DNA of 64,000 nt from Balanoglossus misakiensis. Lineage: Eukaryota > Animalia > Hemichordata. Location: assembly GCA_040954595.2 (NCBI GenBank), contig CM082596.2, positions 11,214,454 through 11,278,453 on the forward strand. Reading direction: 5' to 3'. A model generated the notes under the pieces. That model was not told where the DNA came from. It did not search any database and was given only the letters and a program-made list of their open reading frames with translations. Of this stretch, positions 1-13,536 are shown piece after piece; within the stretch, counting starts at the first letter, position 1, and the number at the start of each line of letters is the position of its first letter. The translations under genes and the position numbers were made by a program.

Positions 1-1702
1 TCTAAACGCGTCATGTACGCGAAATTAAAAGTTTTCAGAGAGGATGGCTCAAATGTAGAATTAAGTGAGTATATGGCAGCTAAAGCTAGGTTTAGACAAA
101 TTTGCAGAAAAAGTAAAAGGGAATATCAGGCTCGTATCAGGTGCCAATTGAATGAAGCTTCATCTAAGGGACCGAATGACTTTTGGTCAATTTTGAAATC
201 AGTGTTAAACCAGAGGCACAGTCGTGATGAAAGCATCAATATTGAGACGTGGTACAACCACTTTAGTTCTTTACTTAATAGTATAGATAACACAGATACT
301 GACCATATTTTGCCTACCTCGATTGAAGAGGAGTTTGACAGTATTGATGATTCAGTCAGTTCCGATGCAGGACACTTGGATTCACTTAACTCCAAGATCA
401 CGGAGGAAGAGATCCTGAGATGTCTAAAAGGTCTCAAAGACGGCAAGGCGCCTGGACCAGACGGGATCCCCAACGAGTTTTACAAATTTTCTGCAGATGT
501 AACTTTGCCTCTTTTAACTGAATTGTTTAATTTCATTTTCGACTCCGGTACCTTTCCATATGAATGGTCTATTGCAATAATCATTCCACTTTTTAAAAAA
601 GGCCGCAAAAACGATGTTAATAATTATAGGGGAATCTCTCTTTTGAACACACTGGGTAAAGTTTTCACTTCTGTTTTAAATCAGAGAATTACAAGGTGGG
701 TAGAAGATACAAATCTTCTCTCAGATTGCCAGGCCGGTTTTCGAAAAAATCACTGTACAGTCGACAATCTATTTGTTCTTCATGCAATCATTCAGAAATA
801 TCTCGGCATCAGACGAGGAAAGCTTTATTGTATGTTCGTGGACTTTTCAAAAGCGTTCGACACTATCAATCATTCTTTGTTGCTGTACAGATTGAAATCA
901 CTTGGTGTTAATGACAAAATGTACACATTATTACAGTCCATGTATAGTGGTGTTAAAGCATGTGTAAGAACAAACAATGTAACTTCAGCTTATTTTGATT
1001 GACCAAAGGGAGTAAGGCAAGGATGTATCCTCAGTCCAATCTTATTTGGACTTTTCATCGAAGAACTCAATTCCATGTTGATGTCTGCCGGGCGTACAGG
1101 AATTCAACTGACACAAGATATTTATGATCTGTTTGCGCTTTTATATGCAGATGATGTAGTAATTTTTGCAGATTTGATTGCCAACCTGCAACACCTTATC
1201 AATATTCTGCAGGAGTTCTGTAAACATTGGCAGATGAAAGTGAATTTAGACAAAACAAAAATTGTTATCTTTCGTAAGGGTGGTAGAAAGTCATCTAGAG
1301 AGGCATGGTACTTTGATAATACTGTAATCGAAGTAGTTTCTTATTACAAATATCTTGGGCTGTTACTATCATCTACGAATGTATGGTCGAAAGCTGTCTC
1401 GACTCTTGCTTGCCAAGCAAACAAAGCAATGAACGTGCTGTTAACTGCTACTAGAAAAATTGATAGCTTTACGCTTAAGGTTCATTTCAAGGTTTTTGAT
1501 GCGATGATTGTACCGATCTTGACTTACGGTGCCGAAATATGGGGTTTCCAATACTATGACTGTATTTAAAAGATTCAGAGAAAATGGTGCAGACGACTAC
1601 TGACAGTCTCAAATAATGCCCCTAATGAGGCAGTAGTGGGAGAATGTGGTCGTCTACCTTTATTTTCAAAGACCCTACGGAAATGTATTGGCTACTGGTT
1701 AA

Positions 1703-3526
1703 AGTGAACCGACACCTTCCTTGTAGAGAGATTCTAATAAAATCTTTGTGAAAAACATGAGTGATTTGCGTCGTTTTTATTCACTTTCACTTATCGCGCA
1801 GCAGCGTAGCGTCGATCTCGATATGCAGTGTGACGTCACCAACTACGCACCAGTAGCAGACGCCACCGTGCGCACGTACCCTAACGTACACAGACAGTTG
1901 ACATGGCTGGCTGCCTCGCAAGTGGGAGCAAAAACAGAGTTGGCGAAAACACGGCGAAAGGTTTTATAAGAGTTCCCGACCCTTCGGTGGACAGTCAAAA
2001 TGCAAATCGACCTGAAAAATGGGTGTCAAACATTGGCATATTATTTCGGTGCTTATTGCTGAGACAGATGATACTTTTGCTTCGGAAATGTTCGTGTTCA
2101 ACTAGGCCCTATATCGTGAAGCATACTGCAAAAAAAAAAAAAGAAACTACACAGCAAGAATTGTCGAAACAGCCGGGGCTCCTGATTTCCTTTGATCACC
2201 ATATGACGAAACCGAATTTTTGGCACTGTAAATCAAAACTCTGATCGGAAGAAAGTAGTGTGGCGGAAATAGGCCTACTAGTGAACACTGTTTTTGTCGC
2301 GTACCCAAGCTGTGAATGCATCGCAAAACCATTTCCAAAGACGCGATATGGAGTTTTCAAACGAAGATATCGTCGGATTTTTGTACGAACCCGAATACAG
2401 CAGCGATGAGATGGTAGGCGACTCAAGTGAAACTGATTCCAATAGTACAGAGGCAAGTGTAGACAGCAAAGACGATCGAGAAGAGTGATCGGCTTCGTCT
2501 TTCATCACGCTCATGCTCATGGTGTAGCTGCGCTGCGGTAAATGCGAAGTTATTTCTACTGTCAAGGAATGCCGGTGCTGCCATGAAATAGATGTCTTGA
2601 CAAGGCAGTTAGATAAAGACTTGAATGACATATCACGAAGCCATGCGATAATTTTTGACATTTAGTCACCCATGTCATAATAGGGACCCTCGTGATTTCC
2701 CAAAAGAATAGAAAGTAAGCCTATTGTCACTCTCGCGAAAATGTCTACCACACGTGTCTACCATCCTTTACGTTGATCAACAGCTGTGAAAAGATGCGGC
2801 TTTGTTGATCAAAGGGAGGCAGAAACTCCGATTGTCATGTTTCGAGTACATCTGTGGTGCTTCCAGATGGTAGAGGTGGTCGTTTTTGTCTTTGGAAATG
2901 GTTTTGCGATGCATTCACAGCTTGGGTACGCGACAAAAACAGTGTTCACTAGTAGGCCTATTTCCGCCACACTACTTTCTTCCGATCAGAGTTTTGATTT
3001 ACAGTGCCAAAATTTCGGTTTCGTCATATGGTGATCAAAGGAAATCAGGAGCCCCGGCTGTTTCGACAATTTTTGCTGTGTAGTTTTTTTTTTTTTTTTG
3101 CAATATGCTTCACGATATAGGGCCTAGTTGAACACGAACATTTCCGAAGCAAAAGTATCATCTGTCTCGGCAATAAGCACCGAAATAATATGCCAATGTT
3201 TGACACCCATTTTTCAGGTCGATTTGCATTTTGACTGTCCACCGAAGGGTCGGGAACTCTTATAAAACCTTTCGCCGTGTTTTCGCCAACTCTGTTTTTG
3301 CTCCCACTTGCGAGGCAGCCAGCCATGTCAACTGTCTGTGTACGTTAGCGTACGTGCGCACGGTGGCGTCTGCTACTGGTGCGTAGTTGGTGACGTCACA
3401 CTGCATATCGAGATCGACGCTACGCTGCTGCGCGATAAGTGAAAGTGAATAAAAACGACGCAAATCACTCATGTTTTTCACAAAGATTTTATTAGAATCT
3501 CTCTACAAGGAAGGTGTCGGTTCACT
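1703..3526. mobile_element. Non-autonomous Kolobok DNA transposon with ~640-bp TIRs
   Basis: TTAA at 1699-1702 and 3527-3530; AG...CT termini. 1703-2342 is a near-perfect inverted copy of 2888-3526. Removing the element restores the LINE frame (YWLK|LIEMPTDRLP). Confidence 0.93.
2348..2664 (+). pseudogene. KolX-like (P2X7 ballast-related Cys-rich) protein remnant inside the Kolobok element
   Basis: ATG just inside the left TIR, then GFLYEPEY and an acidic tract, then WCSC/GKCEVISTVKECRCCHEID. Contains a stop and a small duplication; truncated. Confidence 0.75.
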
Positions 3527-5483
3527 TTAAAGCTTATTGAGATGCCAACAGATAGACTCCCAAGACATGCGTACAAAATGTTAAGAAATCTCGATAACTT
3601 AGGGAGGCATACATGGGTCTCTTCAATCAAACATATTCTTTATTCACATGGGTTTGGTTATGCCTGGATTGCTCATGAGGTGGGCAACAAAGATATTTTT
3701 CTCAGCTATTTTCACTCTAGGGTTATTGATATATGTAAACAACAATAGTTAATTAATGCAACAAACAAACCTAAGTTACGCACATACTGTACATTCAAAA
3801 GTATTCTTGAACCTGAAAGGTATTTAACTTTGAACTGTAATGTAAAATTTATACAGGTTCTTGCTCGCTTCAGATGTTCGTCTCTCCCTCTAGCGATAGA
3901 GGAGGGGCGTCATCGGGGAGTTGACCCAAACCATAGGTTTTGTAAGTTATGTAACTCTGGTGATATTGAGGACGAGTACCATTTTTTGTTAATTTGTTCT
4001 CTTTATAACAGCATCAGAATCAAATATTTACCACGAAGTGCTTTCCTTGACCCAAACTACTACAAATTCAAAAGGCTTATGAGCTCCACAGATTCACAGG
4101 TACTACTGAACATTTGCCACTATGTCTATAAAGCTATGGCTGTGAGAACAGCCACCTGTCCTGCATAGAGTGTATTACATTGTTTAACTTTCTCTGTAAT
4201 TCTGAAATTAGCACTCAATCTGTATTTGTGCGATGGTTCACTTTATTTGAGAACGGGATGTTCTCCATGCATTTGGACCCGAGGTCTTGAAACGCAATAA
4301 ATTATTATTCTATATCATTTTGATATCAAAAGTACACTAGTCAAAAATGTTAGATGTACAGGAATAAGTTTATTATTACTGTACACCATGAAGTATGCCT
4401 GTAAACATTAATACTGCAGTGACTTATGCATGCTTCTCACTATTTTGGTATTGGCCCAGTATTCTTTAAAATCACCAGGAATGATGTTTTGAACATTTTT
4501 TTATTAGTATGATAGTTAAGTGTTTTGTTATCATTTTAAATTCTATTCTCAGATGCTGGGGAAACTCAGTAAAAAAATGAATAGGTGACCAGAACTCCAG
4601 AAGTTTCTATATGGTAATAACAAAAGTAGAAGCTATCTGAAAGGTGACTTGAGAAAGGTAAGTTTGCAGCTACAATCTCCACTTATAAACTATGACCATG
4701 GGGAAATGTACCATACTAAAATAGCAGAATCCGTGGACTTTTGCATGCATCCTATGCCGTATACCGGTACAGACGGTATTTTCATGAGTGATGCAGTGTA
4801 TTCTGTGCCAGTCATGTGCAAGAATCTATCATATACACCTGACTCTATTCAATAAAAAAAATTTGTGAGCGTGTTGATAATTTTCACACATTTGAGTGTT
4901 TTAAAGAATAATAGACAGTAATGAAATATTTTTACAGCTGCAAGCTGGCATGGCACATGTGAAGCATCCATAGAGGAGGAAACAGCCAACAATGACATGG
5001 ACAGGTAATGTCACAACTCCATTGAGTCACAAGGTTGAACACGCAGTGTTTTACAATGCTGTCCATTTATCACTTTCACTTTAAACAGCTACTGTAAACT
5101 TATTAAAACCATGGTTTATGTGATCAATTTGTGATATGTCTGCAGATACAGTTTTTAAATTTGTTACATTCCGACTTTTAAGTGTTGTTGTTTTTTCCTG
5201 ATTGTGTACATGTTGTTACTTTCGTAACTTTAGACTGATTGCAACAACAGATGTCAGGCCAAGAGAGTTCAAAGCAGTGGAAGCAGAAAATGGTATTGTA
5301 AACAGAGGTGCTTTTCTGAGCTATACAATGTCTTCCAGAGAGGTAATGCAATTGCATAACAATTAATGGAAAATGATATGGGTGCACTATATGTTCTGAC
5401 ATTTCTATTTCATCAATATTATGGTCAGAGATCAACATCCCTCATGCAGGCTAAATATGATAATATAAGGTTATTCACTAATT

Positions 5484-5575
5484 ATATTATATCATGCTAC
5501 CGTCCACAATTCTGATTGGACGAGAGCTCAATCCAGCGATGATAAAATACTCAATAATGCACTGCTAAAACGGTG
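5484..5575 (-). repeat. End fragment of the Crypton-like MITE family B (fuller copy at 59858-61486)
   Basis: Reverse complement matches 60334-60353, 61093-61106 and 61419-61486 joined together, i.e. the uninterrupted version. Confidence 0.7.
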
Positions 5576-6068
5576 ACCTTTGACCTAACCCAAGTAATAT
5601 GTTGTATAAAATGTGATATTTGCATAAATGTGTTATCGGGGAAACTTTTGCAATTTTTGTTAAAAATTGTTTTCGCTGAAACCGCTTGTCATATTGCATT
5701 GAACTTTGGCAGGCATGTTCCATGTAGTGATTGAAGTAAGATATTGTACAATTTGGTGATATTTTCATATTTGTGTTTTTGCCACTTTTGAACAAATATT
5801 TTCTGTGAAACTGCTTGTTGGATTGCTTTAAAATTGTTTTTTTCTCTGATTGCTTTGAAATTTAAGATATAATTACATAACACATACATGTATATGTGCA
5901 ACTTTTATTCAATTCTGATATCAGAAATATTCAATATTTAGCCAATTTTTTTGTAAGTTTCTTTGTTTTTGGTTAGCAAATCTTCTCCTAAATTGTCCAG
6001 TTGTTTTGAAAGTTACTGTTTACAACGAGTTGTTACCCCCAACTTAGAAATGTTTACATAACTTTAAT

Positions 6069-6412
6069 AGGCCAGCTGTTACAGAGACCACCGGCTATTA
6101 AATTTTAATTACCAGTGGCAGGTCAGTGTGTGTCTGTCTGTCTGTTCCAGGGCTGACTGAAAGAAGTTGCTTCTCATATGTGTTTGTACAGACAATTTTT
6201 GGTCAATTTTTTTTCTAGCACCACTTGTAAGACTGCCATGACACATGAAAGTTTTTTGGGCATGTTCTTTGATAATTTTTTTACATTCCATATTTCTATA
6301 TCGTAAGATCATATCTGCTTGCAATGTCACCTTTAATTTTTATTCTGGTGTGTCACTGTTTCCGCATAATCCTCAAATGGGACCACAGTGTCCTTGATGC
6401 TATTTTTTTTTC
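6069..6412. repeat. Interspersed repeat with (TGTC)n; related copy at 19534-19740
   Basis: Both copies start AGGCCAGCTGTT, contain a (TGTC)n run and end ATGGGACCAC.GTGTCCTTGA.GC.ATTTTT. Confidence 0.55.
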
Positions 6413-6943
6413 ATTTTGTGGAGGGGTAAACACAAGTCCTTTCAAAGATAATGCGCTGAATCAATGGCACTGTCTTTGGTGAAATGGAAACAGCCACTCG
6501 TTTTGTAAATACTACATGTAATGCAAGGCTCCAGATCATGCAACACTAAAACATTGGTCAAGTAACTTAAAGTTATGAATATCATTCTTTTTTTAAAAAA
6601 AACAGGGAGAAACCAATTTGAAATACATTTGGTATCTCTTGCAAAAACAGGACATGACAACGCCTAGTTTGTATCAGGTGAAACAGCATCTAGCTGACCT
6701 ACCTGGAAAACTGGAACCAAATTTGGTATGCATAAACCATAATAATCTTTTGTCTAGATATGCATTGCAATTTCCAGTTATGTTTAATTAATGCATGTAA
6801 ATGTATATATTGTCGTGCTGTGAAACTGTTTTGCATGGGGGTAATTTACTTGTTATTCAAAAATATGCAGAACATTGACCATGTCAAATTTCCCCAAAAT
6901 CTCACTGTTTATATAATAATAATGTTATTAATTGTCATTACAG

Positions 6944-9041
6944 TTTGTAGATGCCAAGGGACAGGAATACTATTCTTTGTCCATGATCGACACTATCAGA
7001 AGCAGGATAGCAACACCAAGTACATCTGGTCGTCTATCTCATTACCCCAGAAAACAAACTAATAATGTCATAAGGTATGTTGAGAGTTACATAAATTCAT
7101 TGGTAATGTCACCATGGTAATGTGCTTAAACTAAACTTAGAAATTTGTCATGATACCAAATCAGCACACAGATACATGTAGCGTAGATTTCTGAATGAAC
7201 ATGTCCTCATTGCATTGCATCGCATTGCATTGAGTCACCGACATCATTTATGGCTGTAATGTCAAACAGGCTAACTCAACAAACCATACACAAGAAGATG
7301 TACACATTCGATAGTAAATATTTATTTGGTTCCTGCAGAATTCTACCTATAACACTATGGGAACCAAGTGTAACTGATTTTAAATGTATTTTGAAATAGG
7401 GAAATGTACGAAGCAAAGAAGTGGCATCTTCACCACAGATATCAAACACCAATGGTTGAGGTAAATGATGAGGTTTTTTACCTGAAAGACTTTTTATGGA
7501 TTGACAAAAATGGGACACAGCTGCTTGGGTACATCTCATCAATATATGTTGACGTAAAATAGTACTGTTTTTGTTTTTTTCCAATATCATTTTTCTCAAG
7601 TCATCTGTTTTGGGTTGTTAGTATTGACTCGTTCATCAAATTTTTGTCTCACCAACATGTTATCACTTGTCATTTAATTTGTTTCAGATGACACCTGAAG
7701 ATTGTGAAGGTGAAAAGCCAGGTATTTTTGTGAAGGTCATTGTTTGTAACATACGTGATCAAAAAGTATGTCATACAGACAAGATCCTAGCTATCCATAG
7801 TAATCAACTGAGGGGCCACTATAAAAGGTGATGTGAACAGCAAAACAGTTGGATGGAAGATAGATTCAGAGAATGGATTAAAGAGACTCTCCCATGAGGT
7901 ATTTACAAATTCTACATTGTCATGGTTATGTGGTGGCCATGCATTTATTAAAAAGGAAGTGTAACGTTGGCTATTTTATCCCTGTCTTATATGATTGTAG
8001 ACACTTGACTCCTTCCATCAGCATCAGGTGATAAGGTACATACCTATCAGTAAGCTTATAAAGATGGCCCAATTCAAGTTGGAAAATAAAATCATGAAAA
8101 TAATGCAAAAAGTGGCAGCTCTAGAGGCTTTAACTAAAATTAAACAAATCATGTCAATGGTAATGTTATCATGATTTATGTTATTATGCGATCACATATA
8201 CATAAATATAAAATTGTTATTTCTGTTACAGTTTGTCAAGTCTTTGGTGTATGGACATCCAGTTAAGAAAAGACCAACAGCAATTGGTAAGAGTGTAATT
8301 ACTGTACCAATACAATGTAGTTCTCTTCTCTGATGACGTTGGTAGCAGCAGTACCAAGAAGTGGAGTCCATTAAGTGTGTGGTGTTTGATGCTGGGAGGG
8401 CTACCAAAGGAGGACAACAACAAACTTGAGAACATTTCTTTTGTAAATGCTTCTGCAAGAGTAGATGCCTTGGAGCTGAGCAAACCTCTCGTAGCCGAGT
8501 TGAAAGTGTTAGAGTCCGAGGGGGTTGTAATGTTTGACGCCAACCTCAATAAGGAAGTTTTAGTGGTGTCCCCTCTTTTCTTAGTAAAAGCAGACAATGT
8601 TTGGCAGTCGGAGATTGTTAATCACACCGGTGCTGCATCAGCGAAATTCTGTCAATGCTGTACTGTAAGTAAATAGTGTTATTCTAGCAGTGGTACAATA
8701 TGACATGCCAATACCCACAACACATAAAATCACTCTTTGGGTATGAAAGTCAAGGTTTATTGCCGTCTAGAATCTCATAGCCACATTTATGGTTTGATAA
8801 TGTGTAAGCAAAAGTGGCGGGCCTTTACACCAAAGCCAGTCCAGTCGACTTTTTCGTCTTTCCGAGGTTTATCCTGCAAGTACTGTTATATGCTGGTGTA
8901 ACAATTTCCCATGGATTAATTGGGAAATCATCATTATTATTTACAGGTTTCCAGAAATGAGCCATTTGAGAAAGGTGCTCATCGGACCAAGGACTCCACA
9001 CAGACAATCATCCGCGAAATAGAATCTGCTGGCACTGATGG
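6944..9041 (+). pseudogene. Spliced, decayed EnSpm/CACTA (CMC)-like DDE transposase fragment
   Basis: Exon 8232-8664 reads VLFSDDVGSSSTKKW...LGGLP...LENISFV...PLVAELKVLESEGV.MFD...KADN...NHTG...FCQCC, which parallels the TNP2-type core, with a frameshift near 8315. Further AG/GT-bounded exons at ~6944-7074, ~7340-7460, ~7688-7878 and 8947-9041. Candidate upstream exons lie at ~4553-5343. The C-terminal half is not seen. Confidence 0.65.
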
Positions 9042-9347
9042 GTGAGTTTTGTTAATTTTATTCAAGCTTTGAATGTGGAGTAATTGTCTGTTGAGCATTG
9101 TGGAACATGCACGTTTGTCTTGTAAAATCCTGACCATATTAATCCACGTACCTTTTGTATGTAGAAAATGTACAAAATTTTACAGAAAGGGAGTGTCAAT
9201 TTATCCGTGATGAAACTTTTGCACCATGAACAGAAACACAAACAGTTTCTCTATTAATGTCCATGACAAGTCACAGATGCCAACACGGCACCGGGTACAA
9301 AGTTCAACCCCTGTTAATGGTTTTAAGTGGCGATGTGTAAACTAAGT

Positions 9348-10423
9348 TAAGGGACCGTTCAGTTTTTACGGCCAGGGGGGGGGCAAAATCCAGGGGGGGG
9401 GGTCACTTAAATTTTGAAGTCCAAAAGGGGGGGGGTCATCTGTTATTTTTAAATGTTCAGGGGGGGGGGGTCACAAACTTTTGCCACCGAACTTTTGCTT
9501 TTGAGTCCACAAAATTGCAGTTTCGCGCCCTTTATTTTACAAAAAAAATTAATATGGGAGGGGGTGTCCCCCTCCACATTAGAACATTTTTGCTGGTTTG
9601 TCTAGTGTACCAGGGCAGAGTGCTTGCCACCCCAACCCCACTGATGATAATATTTAACAAAGTAATACATAAAAAAGAATAATCGTTTAAACCATTTTGC
9701 ATAACTGACAGTTTCGTGCTCCATCTTCTATATGCTTGAAGTTTTATAAATGATGTCATGATGAAGATGACGCCAAATCTTCTTACTTTGAGTGGAATGG
9801 CAAAAAGTAAAATTGGTCCTCCCAAATATTGAGATGAATTTGCTTTTGAGTTCATAAAAATGCAACTTTGAGCTACATATTTTACAAAATTTTCTTATGT
9901 GGGACTATGTGTACCATGTCAGACTTATTCCCACCCACCCCTATTCTTACTTTGAGTGGAGTGGCAAAATCAAAATTTGTCCTGCCTAACATTGAGTTAG
10001 TTTGCTTTTGAGTTCATTAAAATGCAACTTTGAGCACCGTATTTTACAAAATTGTCTTATGTGGGAGGGGAACACCCCTCCCACGCACACCCCCGCCACT
10101 TTTCTTGTTTTACCAATTCTAGCAAGTATTGTATTGACTTGTCATTTTATTTTGTTCATAGATTTCTTTATTGCAACGATATTATTATAAGAAATTTATA
10201 ATTGAGGTGTGAGGAACCTCATTCCCTTTATTGCATACAGTGTACATAGGATCAGGATGGCAAATGTTTTCAGCGTAGGGGGGGGTCATCATATTTTTGG
10301 GTCTGTCAAAGGGTGGGTCATCATTTTTTGGTGCTGGGCGAAAGGGGGGGGGGTCGGCCTGATTTTGAAAACCGATGACTCAAACTTGCCGACCCCCCAG
10401 CCATAAAAACTGAACGGTCCCTA
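9348..10423. mobile_element. MITE with TAAGGG...CCCTA ends (Academ-like; Harbinger reading also possible)
   Basis: TIR GGGACCGTTCAGTTTTTA / TAAAAACTGAACGGTCCC with subterminal G/C runs. 3-bp TSD AGT at 9345-9347 and 10424-10426; an alternative reading gives a TAA TSD with GGG/CCC ends. Confidence 0.8.
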
Positions 10424-11259
10424 AGTGGGCCGCCGCAAGCAGAAACACCCCTGATGCAAACTTGCTACATTTTGCGTAAAATGTATCAAAAGTCAACGTG
10501 ACGCATTACGCTTACAAACGACTACGTACGTAAATTTAATTGCACTGCTTGTGATTTATTAGAGTCCTGGCTTTTGGGGGGCAGATGGAGCGCATATGGA
10601 GTCTTACACAATACCTCATTAATTATGCGCATACCTAATTCTAGGTGAACCAATAGAGCTAGGGTTCTGGTTTTTGTTGGACCTAGACTTGTATGGGGTC
10701 CGATTTTTTTGCCCAAATTTGGGGTGACCTCAAGTGACCTTTGACCTACTTTCCCATATCTTGGTATCCACAGCTGATACAGCCTTGGCATTTGCTGGTT
10801 ACCATGGGAACCGCTTGTGCCCCGCCAACGCTGCTTGCAGCTTAAATATTTTTTCTGCTATTTCCCTAGGGATTCATAGTCGATTCTATTTTCCTATCAC
10901 GTGACCGATTCTGGCGAATCGCAACACACTATTAGCATGAGGTATATTATAGTGTCATACATGAGAACGTGCACTTTTCTTCCTCTCTGGGGCTTGGGTC
11001 TGGAGGAAGTTAAAATCCGAACACTCCATAGGGCCCTACGTTTCAAACAATTTACTCGGTCCAATCAGTTGACAAAATGTATCAATGTCGAAATGGAAAT
11101 ACTATTTTCAAAATACATTTTCCTAACGTGTTTCACCAAAGGGCGAAACAGTGAATGTTTATCTAAAAACGGGAACGAGGTCGGATTTTGTTTCTTTGTG
11201 ACAACCAAAAATAACTTTACAAGAGCACTACGCAGTCTTGGAAGGCTGTTTCTGATTGG

Positions 11260-12911
11260 TAAGGGAGCATTCCTTTTTTACAGGGAGGGGGGCGGTGGAA
11301 ATCAGGGGGGGTTTACTTTTACAAAGCAGTTTTTAGGGGGGGGGGACAAATTTTATAATCAATGGTTTGGGGGGGACAATTTTTACAACAGATTTGTATG
11401 GAATTATAGCAAAAAACAACAGAATTTACGGTAAAGTGTATAAAATAGAATACGAACATTCTGTGTGATCAGGTGACAACAAGTACACTTTTGATCACAA
11501 AAATAACATTTTCAGGCTGTATCATGGCAATATACAGAAACAGTGAACTATGTGAGCTGAAAGTTTCTGACCTAGACATGTACATGAACAGACATAAATT
11601 GACAGCAGAGAAAAAGATGCTGAAAAAAGACAAACTGAAAATAGTTGAAGCGCACATTGGCCGGAAACTGTGTCAAACAACTCTGGAAAGTCTCAGAGTA
11701 AACCATGAGAGGGACAAAGAGGAGGATGAGCAGGAGGATGAAGAGGATGACTTGGACGAGGACAGTGAACCAGAAGATGAACATGTAGTGATAGGTGAAC
11801 TAGGTGATTCAGAGGAAAGTGACTCAGAAAGTGATAGCGGCGACATTGAAAATGAACTCTTTCACATAAGGCTGCATTCACAAACACCTCTGGAGGGGGG
11901 GCAGGAGAATTGAGGGGGGGATTTGAAAAAATTGAGGGTATGTAAGGGGGGATTTGAAATAATTTAGGGACTGAAAGGGGGAGACTTGAAAACTTTGACG
12001 ACTAAATATTTATTTTGAGTCCACAAAAATGCAGTTTCGCGCCCTTTATTTTACAAAATTTTCTAAACACCCACCCCCTCCATTCATCAGCACCTTTCAA
12101 CCATTGACTGGTTTATCTAGTGTCCCAGGTCAGGGGATTTGCCCCCACCCCATGATAACTTTGAGCGGCGACGGTTAAATTTGTCCTCCCCAACATACCG
12201 GTAGTTGAGTTAATTTGCTTTTGCCGGGTTCATTAAAATGCAGCTTTGAGCTCTGTATTTTATAAAATTTTCTTACGTGGGAGGGGGATACCCCCTCCCA
12301 ATCCCACTCCCTTCAATTCTCGGTTTACAATGTCTCCCAACACAGAATACAAATACTTAAAAAAAACAATGTTCATTGAGGGGGTACATCAGTTTCAAAT
12401 TCTCTTCATGGGAGCGCTGTTTTTTTCTTTTTTTACAAGATAGATAGGTGATGTGTTTTGCTCTGTGAAAGAAAATGGGTGGGGGGATTTCAAAATTTTG
12501 GCAGTTCGGAAGGGGGGGATTTGAAAATATTTCGGGTTGTGTACGGGGGGCATGTGAAAATTAGCGGTAAAAAAAATTGGATTCTCCCGTCCCCCCCCCC
12601 CTCCAGAGGCGTTTGTGAATGCAGCCTAACAAGATCAGGCAGACAATGCACTACTTGGAAATCAAGGAACTATGTAGAACTATGTTGATTATGTGGTATG
12701 TCGAACATACACCAATATCTGACAAAGTTTGATAAGTTTAATCCGGTGGATAAACTTTTTTTTGGGGGGGGTCACATTTTACAATTGAAGAATTTAGGGG
12801 GGACACATTTTAGAAAAGTAATTTCGAGGGGGGTTGCCTTTTACATTTAGTCGGCGACTCAAATTCCACCGCCCCCCCCCCCCCCTCCCTGTAAAAAATG
12901 AATGCTCCCTA
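11260..12911 (+). mobile_element. Internally deleted DNA transposon (TAAGGG...CCCTA ends) carrying a protein C-terminal remnant
   Basis: TIR GGGAGCATTC.TTTTTTACAGGGAGGGGG / CCCCTCCCTGTAAAAAATGAATGCTCCC; TSD imperfect. Internal ORF 11473-11866 has a SAP-like helix pair (ELKVSDLDMYMNRHKL...KKDKLKIVEAH) and an acidic tail. Confidence 0.75.
11867..12628. mobile_element. MITE nested in the 11260-12911 element
   Basis: TIR GGCTGCATTCACAAAC.CCTCTGGAGGGGGG; 3-bp TSD ACA at 11864-11866 and 12629-12631. A second copy of its right end lies at ~56416-56646. Confidence 0.85.
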
Positions 12912-13231
12912 GGATTTGAGACAGCTCAATCTGCATGTTATCAACAACTATATCCTGTTGTTATATCCAGGATTGTTGTTGCTACCCCTATTTATATCCC
13001 TATAAATAGGGGTAGCCAAATGGCTGCGTTCATTGTGTAATTGACTCTGAAGGAGGCAACACGCGGACACACGCTCCCGAGAATGCATGGTTTTCGACCA
13101 CAAAATCCTTCACAATGCATACAAATTCCACCATGAATATGTATCCTACCGATTTATGGCGTAAATTCCCCAGAGAGACGAAAATCAGGGGCGATTTTCA
13201 GCATTTCTTGGCGTCGACGGTAACCGCTTAA

Positions 13232-13536
13232 AGCCCCCAGAGCTGCCAAATTTCATGGATTTTCTTCCACAGTAAAACACTTCAAATATATTCCCTATCC
13301 TCTAAAATCCTCACCATTAAGCCATATTACTTGCATTTGCATCAGTTTGTCATCTCTTGGTGATGCATACCACGATAGCTGCGTACTGTTTGTATGGAGG
13401 CTGATTAAACCGTTTTAATACATAGCATTTTCAAATCGCTACATACAGCCATAATCAGGCATCAGTAAAGTGTTCACATATACCTCAGTAAAATAAAATT
13501 GTGAAAATAATGCAAAAAGTGGCAGCTATAGAGGCT
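13232..13536. mobile_element. Kolobok-type MITE (inverted family copy at 27584-27923; fragment at ~8010-8133)
   Basis: TTAA flanks; AGCC...GAGCTGCCA / TGGCAGCT..AGAGGCT TIR; internal sequence shared with the 27.6-27.9 kb copy. Confidence 0.85.

Larger units (their letters stand above)
13..4310 (+). mobile_element. Non-LTR retrotransposon (RTEX-like LINE) ORF2 and 3' end; pseudogenised and interrupted by a Kolobok element
   Basis: One reading frame with RT motifs KAPGPDGIP, NYRGISLL, QAGFR, FVDFSKAFD, GVRQGCILSP, LYADD and YKYLG. C-terminal CCHC-like motif RFCKLC...EDEYHFLLIC. In-frame stops at 1000-1002, 1567-1569 and 3746-3748; natural stop at 4168. AATAAA followed by (ATT)n near 4296-4310. 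The 5' end lies outside the window. Confidence 0.92.

Noticed and set aside
1748-3481. Paired 73-113 aa ORFs in the Kolobok arms
   Set aside because: They are duplicated only because the TIRs are inverted copies; they use non-ATG or weak starts and show no motifs.
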